DNA of 55,264 bases, the filler included, from Sphacelaria rigidula (lineage: Eukaryota), in NCBI GenBank assembly GCA_964200075.2. It is 5 parts of 5 records of this genome, joined end to end, with 100 filler letters (N's around TTAATTAATTAA, not from the genome) between each part and the next. Parts side by side here need not be neighbours in the genome. Positions count along the whole stretch, not along the records: positions 1 to 10,974 come from CAXNAA020005600.1; positions 11,075 to 22,048 come from CAXNAA020005601.1; 3 more parts are not named here. One strand, written 5' to 3'. Below the pieces are notes generated by a model. The model was given only the letters and a program-made list of their open reading frames with translations. It did no database searches and was not told where the DNA came from. A program made the position numbers and the translations under genes. Shown here in pieces: positions 1-12,229 of this stretch (positions are counted from its first letter, which is position 1; each line of letters begins with the position of its first letter).

Positions 1-3000
1 TTTGGTCAACATATACCCCCAATATTTTCCAATTTTGGACGTTTTTGCGTGAAACACGAGCAATTACACGCTGAAAATATGTTTGATGGGGCGTGCGTAG
101 GTTTATGTCACGAGGGTACCCAACCTCACCGTTTTTTTTTTTGCGATTTTCACGTTTTTTTCACATTTTTTGGCGATTTTTCGTGTTCCCGGATCCCCCA
201 GGTTCACTGGGAAAAAAAGCGAAAAATCGCCGTTTTTTGGCTGACCTACTTTTTCTCGATCGTGAGACTGCACGCGTTGAGCACCCACGTCGTGGAGTGT
301 TGTGTTTAGCTAAAAAAACGCCAACGAATGCAATAGAATAATCGAAAATCAAATCGAACACCGTCGAGGGCTCGTATAAGCATAACGGACTTTACTTATG
401 GGACAGAGGAAGTATATGTTTTCCTCGTATTTTCGTCCAGAAGTCGCTCTTGAAATCTCTGACCCAAGCGAATCGGGAAAGTAGGCTAGCCTCCTCTCGG
501 TGGGGTGATACAACGTGTCCAAGACGTGTAGTGGCGATTTTCCCTGTTTGAGGGGTCAAAAACCCTGTCAGATGTCCTAAAGTGGAAAATACGAGCCAAA
601 CATAATACGAACTGGAAGAAACGGCCCAACTCATGAAAAAAAAAGCAAAACAACTTCGGGACCCCACAGACGGGCTCTTGTCATGCCCGGTTGATTGTAT
701 TGTCCATACCAAATTTCACTTTGCAACTCCAAGTAAAAAATTGCGACATCGCTCGCAAACTACAGATCCGCTTCTAGGCTGGCCCAGCCTGAATTTCAAT
801 TTTTTTTCGCATGCGCACGAGAGGAAAAATATACCGAAGCTCAGGCCGTGTCTTGTCGAGACCATGAGAAGAAGCAGGAAAAGGAGCGAGCGTCTCGAAG
901 CAGCACGTTGACAAGTCACCTCAACCAGCAAACGCGCCCAGGGATCAATCAACAAGACACGAGCTCTGCCGTTTCGACCGAAAACATGCAGAGGAATGGC
1001 ATGAAGGCGCACTTGACGCCTATCTTGCAGACCACCACGCCAGGGACCACCCGTTCACAGGATCATGCAAACCTCCCACGATTCATTCTCAGCTTCTGCA
1101 CCACCGCAACCCTGCTGCATAGAGCACGAGTTGAAGGCAGGTATACATACATGCAGTAATTTTGAACCGGCACTATCACCCTCTTGGCATGATGTGTTTG
1201 TTTTGTCTTTGCAAAAACTGGGGCGCATCTTCTTTCATGGTGGGGGTTGGCGACGGAATTGCATGGTTTGGTGGGCGACCGACACATGTGTACACGTTCA
1301 TGGCCAGTGCAGACAGTAGAAAACTGCACGTTGTTCAAGTCCTCTACACATTGCAGCATATGCAGACTGCAGTTCTATACTACTTGCACTACACGTCGCC
1401 CGCTTCTTTTCCACATCTTACTGCATAACATACACACTACTTGGACACATTGTATACAAACAGCACAAACAGAGCTGTGCTGTTTGTATTGATACACGGG
1501 AACAAGTACCGCTGCACGAATTTCACAGTCTTTTTTTCGGTCGAAAGTGCGCAAAGTCGCTTCGACCACAACCGCTCTAAACTAGCAAATCGCTGCAGTA
1601 AATCCCACAGCACATTACTTTTCGATCACAGAATGAAAGTCGTGACAAGACACGCCCTCAGTGCAGATGATGGCGCACATAACCAAGATCAACCACACAT
1701 ATTGTGAAGTCAAAAAGAGTAAATCCATCCCATGCATACCTCACCGGTCAGAATCAGTTCTACAGCAGTACGGTACATCAATGATTGTAAAGCGCATCGC
1801 AGCATCTCATCGCACTGCGCTGAAAAACCACCTAACGATCTGTATCCAATCCCATCTCCAACACATGTGTCCTCCAGCTTGAATTCAGGGCAGCAACAAC
1901 GTGTCCTGGAGAGTGTGACGGCCATAAACTAGCCTACAGTGTACAGTGTACGAGTACGAGTGAGAGATACGTGCCGTCCAAATCAAGTGTGTACAACGTT
2001 GTGTGCAGTAGCTGCACGATGGTTTCGTGCCCCAGCAAGGTTGGTAGTGTTTTCTGAGTGTACATCACGTGAAATACAGTACCCTGAAAAGGTCCCATAG
2101 TAGGTCGTCCACACGTTTTCGTACATGCCCTCTTTGCTCCTCATAATGGAGCTACAGTATTTGGTTATTGCATGCAGATATTTCGCACCACGATATGCTC
2201 TTGACGTGAAATAGTTTCCCGTTCGTGATCCCTGGCCTCTGGATTGCTCCACTCCCCGTTGGTGTGATTGGTTTAGCACCACCGATGAAAATACGACGTG
2301 AGCACTACGTTCGGGAGTGCGGAAGATCGAAAAGACAACGGAGTTCCGTTAATTTTTCCGAAATCGACAATCAAAAGATGATACCGATATGTTTGTCGAC
2401 GTTCCAAAGGAGAGACGGTACGCACGATACTCGATCTCGATTTGATATTCCGCTGTTTTGTGAAGGTCAACCTATGCAATCGAGCGATAAATGAAAGCAA
2501 AAGCAGTGGAGAGGATGTCGTGGGTGGACTAGTGCAGGTTCCAGTGTACCATGGACACACACCACAAGACTGCGCTTTAGCAACGGGCGTAAACAGCGGT
2601 TTCTTTGTATGTTTCACTAAACATTCGTGGTAAATAACAGGTTGATCAGAGCAGCACGGGGTGTGTAGTTGCTTCGTTGCATACATGGTAGTACGAGCTG
2701 ATGCAGGCGGACATTGATTCGTCTGTTCCCATCCCTAACTGCATATCCCCACACCATGCGCGTAGTTACTGGGTGCTTTGCAACAGTCAGACCGGATACA
2801 CCGACAAGCAGGCCAACACATTATCAAGACGCTGGTTGAAATATTACACACGGCGGACAGCTCGTGAGCTACCTCAATATTACTTGTTTTGAGTGTGCTG
2901 ATCCGGATCGTGCTATATTCCAAATTCCACATTGTCTTCCTACAGTGCTGGACGCCAACCACGAAAAGTAGCTCAAAGGTGGCGTTTTGGCTTCTGGGAT

Positions 3001-6000
3001 CCCGCTGTCATGTATTTGGTGGTGTTGACCGGCGGATCTAAGCATCCTCTTTGATTAGTTGTTTTTGGTAGCTTATGAGCTGTCCCACGTGTGGAAAATT
3101 ATGCTGCCGACAGTGCAACAGAAAGCAACGATAATTATCCACTAGACACCATAACCCATTTCTATTTCAGAAAAAAGGAGGGAAAGGAACAACACAATAT
3201 ATCGATGAGCTTACCCACACTCCCAGCAAGGGACAGCCACTTTTCTTTGCCAAAACCCGGGAGAGTACGAGATACACGAATGAAAACATTAGTACACCTA
3301 TGAAAACAAATCGATTCCCCCTGTACTTGTGCACGGCTCTCATGACCGCAACCATACTCTGCCACACGCCCGAACACATCGGGGATGTCAAAACGTCCCG
3401 CTTTTCCTGCAGAGAAATTTCGGATAAGAAGTAAGCTTGGAATTAGCGATGCCTGCGAAACTCGGATCGATATGGTGTAAAATTGAATACCAACCAAGAG
3501 AAGAAATGACAATTTGCAAGACATCGAGGTTGCCTTCCTCATCACACCGCACCAAAGCACGTCAACACGCCCTACGTCAATCACATGGTCACAATTTCCT
3601 CGGTTTTGTACAGTCTCATGACAAAATCAGCATTCAGAAAATCCTGAGAAACGAGATGGTTTCCTCACAAGCGGACAAATGCTCTTGTGCCAGAACCAGC
3701 CGTACACTGGAAGCTCCACCACCACCTCGCCACCCGCAACCTCATTCAAATCGGCATTCTTGTCCATGAACTTGTTTTCAGCTTCATGGGGCGGTGGCGT
3801 TTTCTCTGCCGAGTTCCGCGGTCTCACGCGAAAAAGTAAGTAGAGCTTCAACGCCACGTCTTTTGACCCGAGAAGACACCCCCTGAAAACGTTCGTGAGT
3901 TTTCACTAGATGTTATCCGAACAATTTTTCCTGGGACTTTTCAGACAGGACTGCTCCGAGATGAGGAGGTTCCTCTGAGAGGGACTCTTCATGCCCATCT
4001 CGTCGGGGGTAAATGGACTGTTCGGAGAAATGAGTTCTCGTCGGAACAGGGGATAGCCGGAAGCGTCTCCGTGAAGCACGGTGCATTCAGTCGTACAGAC
4101 AAGACATGAGTGCTGTACAGCTTTACACGGAAGGGTATGTAACACAGGGTACGACACAGCAATTCCACGATGCAGTGAGTGCCGCTGTCCAACTGCATAG
4201 ACAGCACACACAGCTGCGGCACGTTGCTGTACAAGGCGTGCATGCACACACCAACGGCAGCACCATACTGTGCGGTACACGCAGTACAGCCGGGCACATC
4301 AAACGTTATACAGTAGACGATATGGCTCAAGACGACTGACAGTACATCGGCCGTGGTGTAGTACCGAGTAAACCATGGCTAGCATCACGGCGACAGACTT
4401 GCCCGTGTCGGTGTGACAGACGCAAAACGCTTTCAAGAGTTGTGAAAGGGTTCCGGGAGGCGGCCTAGAAACAAGGATAATGAAGAAGACATGAAGGATA
4501 TTTCTAGGAAAGCAATCGCAGTTTGATGCGCCTTTTCCAAATTTGAGTCACACACCACGTATAGTTGCCCTGGGCTTTCCATGATGCATTTATCGGAGGC
4601 TATGAGTTTTTTACATATTAGTTACTTCATGATACGTGTGATTCGCGGTACGATAAGGCCTGGTACGCGTTATTGAATAATATATTACGGCTCTGTGCTA
4701 GAAATTCGTGATTCGGTTATTATTGCGAATAAGACTCATGATCTCCCGTTTCCTCGGTATCGTGCGCTGCTGGATGCGCTCACTTGTGCGAAACCCGGGG
4801 GGAAGTTCAAGTGCGGAGTTCAACGCGAAAATGATTCCGGGCGAAAGAAAGTCCTGCCTTGTTCATGTGTTTTTGCCGAAAGGTTTAATCCAAATCTCAC
4901 CTCACATCGCACGAATCATCCAAGCATACCTTATTCGATACCGTGTAACCCGCTGTGCCGCTCGGGACGTGATGTTGATGTCAAGCGTGTTTTTACAGCT
5001 GTCTCCCGAATTCCGTCTTTGCGTGTGTTTCCCGCCGTTATTCACACATGTCCCCTTCGTCTCAGGATAACGACTCACATGTGCATGTCGCTCGTGGCAG
5101 CCCAACTAAGTAGGTCATGATGTCGATTCCTCGTGGTTTGACGTGGTGATCACTTCCAAGGGTAGAACGAACCGTCCCTGCGTAGGATGAACGAATACAC
5201 CATTTCTTCAACCCTGAGTGCTCGGCAGAGAGAAGTAAGTTGACTGCGGGTCAGAACATTCTCTACGCATTGTTGCCCCATTTAACGTGCGGTACGTGGG
5301 GTGCATTTCTGAAACAAAGCGCCATGATTTACTCGTATTGTTCGATTGAATTTCCGTTCGAAAAACTTTAAGATAAATCACCATTCGCCTGGCTTTTGAT
5401 CGCTTTCTCTTTTCGAAATCCGAACAACCCGTTCTTTAGCGCCCTGTTGCGTTTTATCTGGTGTGCAGCCGTCTTAACGAACACAAACTAGAGTTGATCT
5501 TACTTCTGTAAAAAAACATGTACTGACATGTCGTGCTTTGGCCCTGACGACATCATGCAGTCATTTCGGAAACAGTTTTGGCTGTGTCACAGTACGTCAA
5601 ATAGGGGAAACGCCGATTTCGTGCGTTCCCATTATTCACGTTCCCTGCGGAGCTCCCCCTGAAATTGAAAACGTCACACCAGGCTATGGCCGTCCCCAGC
5701 GAAGACGCCGCCGGCTCTTGGAGTTTCGAGTATCTACGCATCACAACTGTGATTTCAGAGCAGTCCCGACTCCAATTAGACTAAGCCCTACGCTTCTAAA
5801 CTGCATCATATTGAAGATCGACCCACGTGCTCTAGCTACTCAAACCCCTTCAGCCCAACAGCAACTCGAATCCCTGTAGCCCCACAGCTCCACGCATGGT
5901 AGCCGTTGTCTCGCGTCATGCTGATATGTTGTGCCGGAGGGCGCCGGTTGGTGGGAGGATGGGCGTGTCCAAGAGTCATTATTTCCGCACCCAAGTGTTG

Positions 6001-6913
6001 TATAGAAGTGCTTCCAAGCCCAACAGCCTGTCAGCTCATTCAAGTTTCTCCCGCCACTTCATAGCGTTACACGTATCAGTATTCACACCAGCAGCGGCAA
6101 CAATACCTACTTCTAATACTGCCGCAAAGGCCCAACAACGAAGTACCGCTCGCCGGGCGAATGCCATGTGGCGGGTTCAGTGGCGTTTACAATATCCCTG
6201 TCAGGGCCCACCGTCACCTCACGCACTGTGGAGAGCCCTTCGCCTGCCCACGCAGGGTAGAGCTGTGTTTCCAGACAGCGCATGACAGGACGCTCAACAC
6301 GTGATGTATGGACAGATATGCGCACTCCTACTTCATTACCCGCCTAGTGTGGACTCCCGGCGCCGATTATTTACTGCTGACGGATACCATTCACGTGAAC
6401 CTGACCCCCGACACAAGGCGCAAAAAAAAGAGTGGCCATCGGCGCATCCTGTGTAGAGGATTTCTGATTGGTGGAGAGGCCGTATGAGCGACGTCGGCGC
6501 TCTAGAATTTTGTTGAAGATGTAAAGTTCAATGTCCCCACCTATGCTCAGTCGACCCAATGTTTTCCAAAGCTCTCTCGGTACTACATTTCTCATAAAAA
6601 AGGCGCTGTCCACGCTGTAGCGACCGTGGTGCAGTAGTTTTTTTTGTCGACTGGTGACTCCACGGTTGGCTTGTCAGTACACTCCGGCCCACGTGCATGT
6701 TCGCGACCAAGCCTCTAATATCATGGTTCACCTACTTCCAATATGAGCCCAACGTATCATTATCTTTGCTGGTTGATTGAAACAGGCTGCTGCTGGATTG
6801 GTGAGCCGGTCTTCAAGAGCGGGTGCGTGACGGCGAAGATAGCAGCAGCAGCAGTGGGACCACCGCGGCCTCGAGATTTTTTTCCAGTACAGTCGTAAAG
6901 GATACGCTTTTTT

Positions 6914-9199
6914 GTGTGCACTAATATGAGTTGCACGACGGGAGCAGCGTATTCCTTAGCGGATAGCGTAAAGCCGAATTTCTGCGCCATACACGCTGTG
7001 GCGGGCATGGTTGATGTAGTGAACAAGCAGTGCGGCAAGAAGGGCTGCTCAAAACGGCCATCGTTCGGTGCAGCCGCTGGCAGGAAGGCGGACTTCTGCG
7101 CTGCACACGCCCCGGCGGGCATGGTCCTTGTAACAAACAAGCGGTGTGGCCAGGAGGACTGCTTCAAACACCCTTCGTTCGGTGCAGCCGGTAGCAGGAA
7201 GGCGGAATTTTGCGCCAAACACGCCCCGGCAAGCATGGTCGATGTAAAGAAGAAGCGCTGCGTCGAGGACGGCTGCTCCAAACATCCAATATTCGGTGCA
7301 GCCGGTGAAGTGAAGGCGCAGTTCTGCGCCACACACGCCCCGGCGGGCATGGTCGATGTAAAAAACAAGCGGTGCGGCAACAAGGCCTGCTCCAAACAAC
7401 CATCGTTCGGTACAGCCGGTGAAAAAAAGGCGCAGTTCTGCGCCGCACACGCCCCGGCGGGCATGGTTAACGTGAGAAACAAGCGGTGCGGCGAGAAGGG
7501 CTGCTCAAAACGGCCATCGGTCGGTGCAGCCGGCGGTAGGAGAGCGGAGTTCTGCGCGATACACGCCCCGGCCGGCATGGTGAGTGTAGGGCGCATGCGG
7601 TGCGGCATGGACGGCTGTTCAAAATACCCATTGTTCGGCGCAGCCGTTGGCAGGAGGGCGGAGTTCTGCGGCGAACACGCACCAGCGAGCATGGTCAATG
7701 TACGCCACAAGCACTGCGGCGAGGAGGGCTGCTCCAAACAACCATCGTTCGGTGCAGCCGGTGGAAGGAGAGCGGACTTCTGCGCCGAACACGCACCAGC
7801 GAGCATGGTCAATGTACGCCACAAGCACTGCGGCGAGGAGGGCTGCTCCAAACGACCATCGTTCGGTGCAGCCGGTGGAAGGACAGCGGACTTCTGCGCC
7901 GAACACGCACCAGCGAGCATGGTCAATGTACGCTACAAGCACTGCGGCGAGGAGAGCTGCTCCAAACGACCATCGTTCGGTGCATCCGGTGGAAGGAAAG
8001 CGGAGTTCTGCGTGGCACACGCCGGTGTAAGAAACAAGCACTGCGACAAGGAGGGCCGCTTTCAACGAGCATCGTTCGGTACAGCCGGTGGCGGGAAGGC
8101 GCAGTTCTGCGCCGCACACGCCCCCGCGGGCATGGTCGATGTAAGAAACAAGCACTGCGTCAAGGAGAGCTGTTCCAAATACCCGTCGTTTGATGCAGCC
8201 GTTGGCAGGAAGGCGGAGTTCTGCGCCTCACACGCCTCGGCGGGTATGGTTGATTTACGAAACAAGCACGGCGGCGGGGAGGGCTGCTCTCAACGACCAT
8301 CATTCGGCGCAGCCGCTGGTGGGAAGGCGGAGTTGTGCGCCACACACGCCCGGCCAGGTGTGGTAAACGTACAAAGCAAGCGGCGCAGCAACGAGGGCTG
8401 CTCCAAATACCCATCGTTCGGTGCGGCCCGTGGTAGGAAGGCGGCGTTCTGCGCAACTCACGCCTGCGCAGGCTCTATGAATGGCAGTGAAAACGCCTTG
8501 CAGCCTTCTTTCACCCGGGTGCGGAAGCACGGGAATGCCAGCCGTCATGCTTCACATGACCTAGCTATGGCGTCGGATGCAGCAGGACGTGTTCAAGAAA
8601 GAAATCGCCTTAACGATGACCCGGCCGGGGGAAAGAATAGTGTCGGTACTGATGATCATGAAGGATCCAGCTCTCCATCGGATGCCGATCCCGACACGAG
8701 CAAGGGGAGTCGTAGCGCTAATTCTCGTCGCAGTCCGCGTGCCATTCGTGGCAAACGACGGAGAGGGAAGGTTTTGACCACATCGCCTGCCGCCTCGGGA
8801 CAATTCCCCGTCGCTGCGGCAGCATTTGAGGTTCCTCTAGGTGGGGCACAGACGCGCATGAAAGTGGAACTTGAGGCGACCATTACGTCTCGGGAAGTTT
8901 CCGAGGGGATGGGAACTAGCGGCGAGCTAAATACTACGCTAGACAGCAGTTGTATCAGTATGGGCAACGGCGGCTCCAGCAGCACCGCTGTAACTAGGAG
9001 TTGCGGTAGTAGCATAGCTAGTAAAAGGAACACAAAGCGACTACGTAAGACGTTGCGGGTGGAGCCGTTATTCGATGTGGTAGCGGGGGATGAAAGGATG
9101 GCTGAAGTTGGGGGAGCCGATTTGAAGTTAGAGTGGGATGTTTCTGCCCGTTCTCGACAGGTGTCAGCGGCAGAATACGGCACGCGAGATCTAGCTTGA
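6914..9199 (+). CDS. EsV-1-7-type Cys/His-rich repeat protein (~14 repeats of ~38 aa) with a low-complexity C-terminal tail
   Basis: 761-aa uninterrupted ORF. The repeat consensus C-x4-C-x-K-x-PSFG-x6-A-x-FC-x2-HAPAGMVxV matches the EsV-1-7 cysteine-rich motif known from Ectocarpus siliculosus virus and expanded in brown algae. The true start is uncertain (GTG 6914, ATG 6926, or upstream splicing). Confidence 0.85.
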   Translation: MCTNMSCTTGAAYSLADSVKPNFCAIHAVAGMVDVVNKQCGKKGCSKRPSFGAAAGRKADFCAAHAPAGMVLVTNKRCGQEDCFKHPSFGAAGSRKAEFCAKHAPASMVDVKKKRCVEDGCSKHPIFGAAGEVKAQFCATHAPAGMVDVKNKRCGNKACSKQPSFGTAGEKKAQFCAAHAPAGMVNVRNKRCGEKGCSKRPSVGAAGGRRAEFCAIHAPAGMVSVGRMRCGMDGCSKYPLFGAAVGRRAEFCGEHAPASMVNVRHKHCGEEGCSKQPSFGAAGGRRADFCAEHAPASMVNVRHKHCGEEGCSKRPSFGAAGGRTADFCAEHAPASMVNVRYKHCGEESCSKRPSFGASGGRKAEFCVAHAGVRNKHCDKEGRFQRASFGTAGGGKAQFCAAHAPAGMVDVRNKHCVKESCSKYPSFDAAVGRKAEFCASHASAGMVDLRNKHGGGEGCSQRPSFGAAAGGKAELCATHARPGVVNVQSKRRSNEGCSKYPSFGAARGRKAAFCATHACAGSMNGSENALQPSFTRVRKHGNASRHASHDLAMASDAAGRVQERNRLNDDPAGGKNSVGTDDHEGSSSPSDADPDTSKGSRSANSRRSPRAIRGKRRRGKVLTTSPAASGQFPVAAAAFEVPLGGAQTRMKVELEATITSREVSEGMGTSGELNTTLDSSCISMGNGGSSSTAVTRSCGSSIASKRNTKRLRKTLRVEPLFDVVAGDERMAEVGGADLKLEWDVSARSRQVSAAEYGTRDLA

Positions 9200-10974
9200 T
9201 TAGAGCGCCCATGCACATCCTCATCCCGCCTGATATTCGGCATAGTGATGTTTCGCCGTGTGTTTAAAATCCAGGCGAATGTTTTTCACAGATCTACGCG
9301 ATAGGCACCAGCTTGGTGTTTCCCGGGATATGTGGTGTCGCTATGTTTCGATGGTAGGTGGGGGAGGCGGACACGGGTGGATCATGTTTGTCGATCATTC
9401 TGTTACTAGCGCTGATGTTCATTCAGTAAATATCTGCGCGGCATGGTGATCTGCTTGCTGGTTGACTTTCCGTTGATTTTACGTAAAATGGCACAGTGCT
9501 TCCAGTTACCTCGACGCTTTCGGCAGGTCGCTATGCAGAAAGGTGCGGTTGTAGCCTTACTTCATACTCCTGCGTACCGAGAATACAACGGGCTCTAGTG
9601 AACGGAGTCAGTACGGAAGGTGGAGCCGTGATGCACCTGAAAAGGAAAAATAATTATTTTCGGCACAAAATATGATCTGTCTTCGCCCCGTTGCGCGCTG
9701 CTACAGCTCCTAACTCGAGATCCATGGACATGAAGTTGTTGATCGAGCTTGAGAGGGCATGCGTGCAAAGTTTCAATGCACCTCCGACAGCCCGCGTACA
9801 GTTGTACCGAGTAGAATTAGGACCTGTACAGGAAATTTTCCGATGGCGTTTTGTTTTTTCAGTACGTAGTCATCATCCACAGAGTACCCCAGTACAAATC
9901 GACACTGTTCGTCAACGTAAAAGCCACCCTGCTGCACACCACGTGGAAACGCTTTCAGCACCGTGTCCACGTGGCCGTCAATTTCGGATGAACGAGGTTT
10001 TGTCCGCGAATCGTTGTGTTGACGGCGTTATGGTCGTTTTGTCAGAAAGTCGAGAGTCGCGGTTCTCGTTTTGCGATTGCCTCGGCACTCGTCGTCGCTG
10101 GGCACAATCGCTGCCTGTGTCACACGAACCAGTGCCAACTGTCATGTCTTGTCGTGGAGGCAGGGTGGAGATTTGCACCGTCAAAGCTGTTCCGAAATCA
10201 CCGAAAACGGCAGTTTTTGACGTTCGCAAGATACCGACAGCATGGGGTACTGTTGTTGTGTGATATCCTGTACGGTGAGCAATATTTTGATATGGAGAGC
10301 AGAGCGTTGATAAAAAATGAGTTTCGTCATCCGCACGAACTCGACAAAGTTTTCATTCTGTGTTGCTCATCTGTGTAACACCGGCGGGTGCTCACAGCTA
10401 CATGTCGATATCGTACTTACGGATGTCGAGGGCTTCAGAGGCAAGCTACTCAGTCTCACGCCGGAAGAAAAAGAACAACTTCCTCTGTGCCTTGTCGCGT
10501 ACAACAGTCAACCCTTTTGGGACCGGACCCCCACTAACACAGGGTTGACCCTGTGTTAGTGTAATAGTAAAAAATAGGGTAGACGTCACAGTAGGGTATA
10601 CCAAGGTGCATTAGCGATAAACCTAGGTACCCTCTTTGTTTGGAGGAGAAATGAGAGCAGCTGATTGGCCAACGACCATTTTCACCCGGCGGCGGCGGTA
10701 GACGGCCACGGTATACCCTGCTGTGACTACTTTTCTCCCGTTTGTACCCTTGCTTTTGGAAATTGTACCCACATGTGACGGAAATCAGTCTCTTCCATCC
10801 GCCATCTTCGACGCAACAATCACTTCCCGCCCCCAGCCAAGGGCCCCAAAATACAGATCTTACCGCTGCAAACAACCATGCAGCCCGTGCAGAATATCGT
10901 GACCACGAATCTTCCATCGACCACTTTGGCCGAAGAAATCACTTCCCACTCCCAGCAAAGGGCCCCAAAATACA

Positions 10975-11074
10975 NNNNNNNNNNNNNNNNNNNNNNNNNN
11001 NNNNNNNNNNNNNNNNNNTTAATTAATTAANNNNNNNNNNNNNNNNNNNNNNNNNNNNNNNNNNNNNNNNNNNN
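10975..11074. other. Artificial contig spacer (N44-TTAATTAATTAA-N44)
   Basis: 100-nt N run with a central six-frame stop linker. Identical spacers occur at 22049-22148, 33122-33221 and 44194-44293. Confidence 0.97.
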
Positions 11075-11309
11075 TTTTCTTTCGACTTTTTTTATCCCAG
11101 CCGGTTGTTTGTTTTTTTTGGTTTGTCTTCTGGTGGGGGGGGGTGGGTACTCATTTGTTGCTTGTCTTAGTCGTTTGACCATTGACCACGCATCCCTTTA
11201 AAGATGGATCGCCGTTCCTACTCGTAGTAGAGGGAGGGTGGGGGGGCATAGTGGCATAAATCAAGCAGACGAGAATACAACCGGAACGGAAAAAAAAAAC
11301 AAGGAAGAG

Positions 11310-12148
11310 AGAAAACAATTAAACAGCCACGGAGAGCAAGCAATAGACAGAGGAGAGTGGATAGTGATTCGGGAGGAAGTTGAGAATAGGATTGTGGAAT
11401 GTGTGCCGATTTGCTACGGAATATAGAAAAATACTACATAAAGCCGAAGAAGTGAGAGAGCTGCGACGATTTAAGAGACAACCAACTAGACTACTGACGA
11501 GTCAGCGCTAACTGGTCAGTAGTGTAGTTGGTTGTCTCTTAAATCGTCAAAAAAGTTAGTCGCTGGTTCGATTCCCGTCGAACGCACTTTCTTTGAAGAA
11601 AAAGGAGGAGAGAAAACCTCTGTAACAAAAATTGGCCCCAAGGAGAGAAAACCTCAGTTAAAAATTGGCCCAAAGAGAGAAAGGGTGGGGTATAGCCTGG
11701 TGCGCACAGCTGCTGCAGTACAGGAAGGATATTTGGAGTTGATTGCTACAGTCCCCAGTGCACACACTCTTGGAATGAGTGGGGAAGACGAGTAACTCTA
11801 GGGTACGGTGCGAGTGACAATATTAGACGTCCTGATTGCAGTCGATAGAACGCTAGCAAGGGGAGTCGCCCTCCTCGGAGTGAAAGTGACGGGGATCAAG
11901 CCCCCACCACTAGCTTTTTTGACGGTTTAAGAGACAACCAACTACACTACTGACCAGTTGTCAGTAGTCTAGTTGGTTGTCTCTTAAATCGTCGCAGCTC
12001 TCTCACTTTTTCGGCTTTATGTAGTATTTTTCTATCTTCCGTAGCAAATCCGCACACATTTCACAATCCTATTCTCAACTTCCTCCCGAATCATTCTCCA
12101 TTCTCCTCTGTCTACTGCTTGCTCTCCGTGGCTGTTTAATTATTTTCA
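11310..12148. repeat. Long inverted repeat (~240-bp arms, 11310-11557 vs 11912-12148), each arm containing a short palindromic MITE-like element
   Basis: AACAGCCACGGAGAGCAAGCAATAGACAGAGGAGAG...GAGAGAGCTGCGACGATTTAAGAGACAACCAACTA is mirrored at 11970-12148. The internal hairpin GACGATTTAAGAGACAACCAACTA..TAGTTGGTTGTCTCTTAAATCGTC occurs at ~11465-11548 and ~11921-11993, with a partial third copy at 12148-12218. Confidence 0.8.
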
Positions 12149-12229
12149 ACCAGCTAGACTACTGACCAGTTGCAGTCAGCGGGTCAGTAGTCCAGTTGGT
12201 TGTCTTTTAAACCGTCAAAGAGCGCAACC

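Noticed and set aside
6760-8456. Long antisense and alternative-frame ORFs (388 aa, 197 aa, 178 aa)
   Set aside because: These are shadows of the GC-rich repetitive EsV-1-7 coding sequence.
9691-10530. Possible decayed coding region downstream of the EsV-1-7 gene
   Set aside because: The frames are fragmented and contain no recognisable domain motif.
11019-11030. TTAATTAATTAA motif repeated four times in the window
   Set aside because: It is a synthetic linker inside N gaps, not biological sequence.
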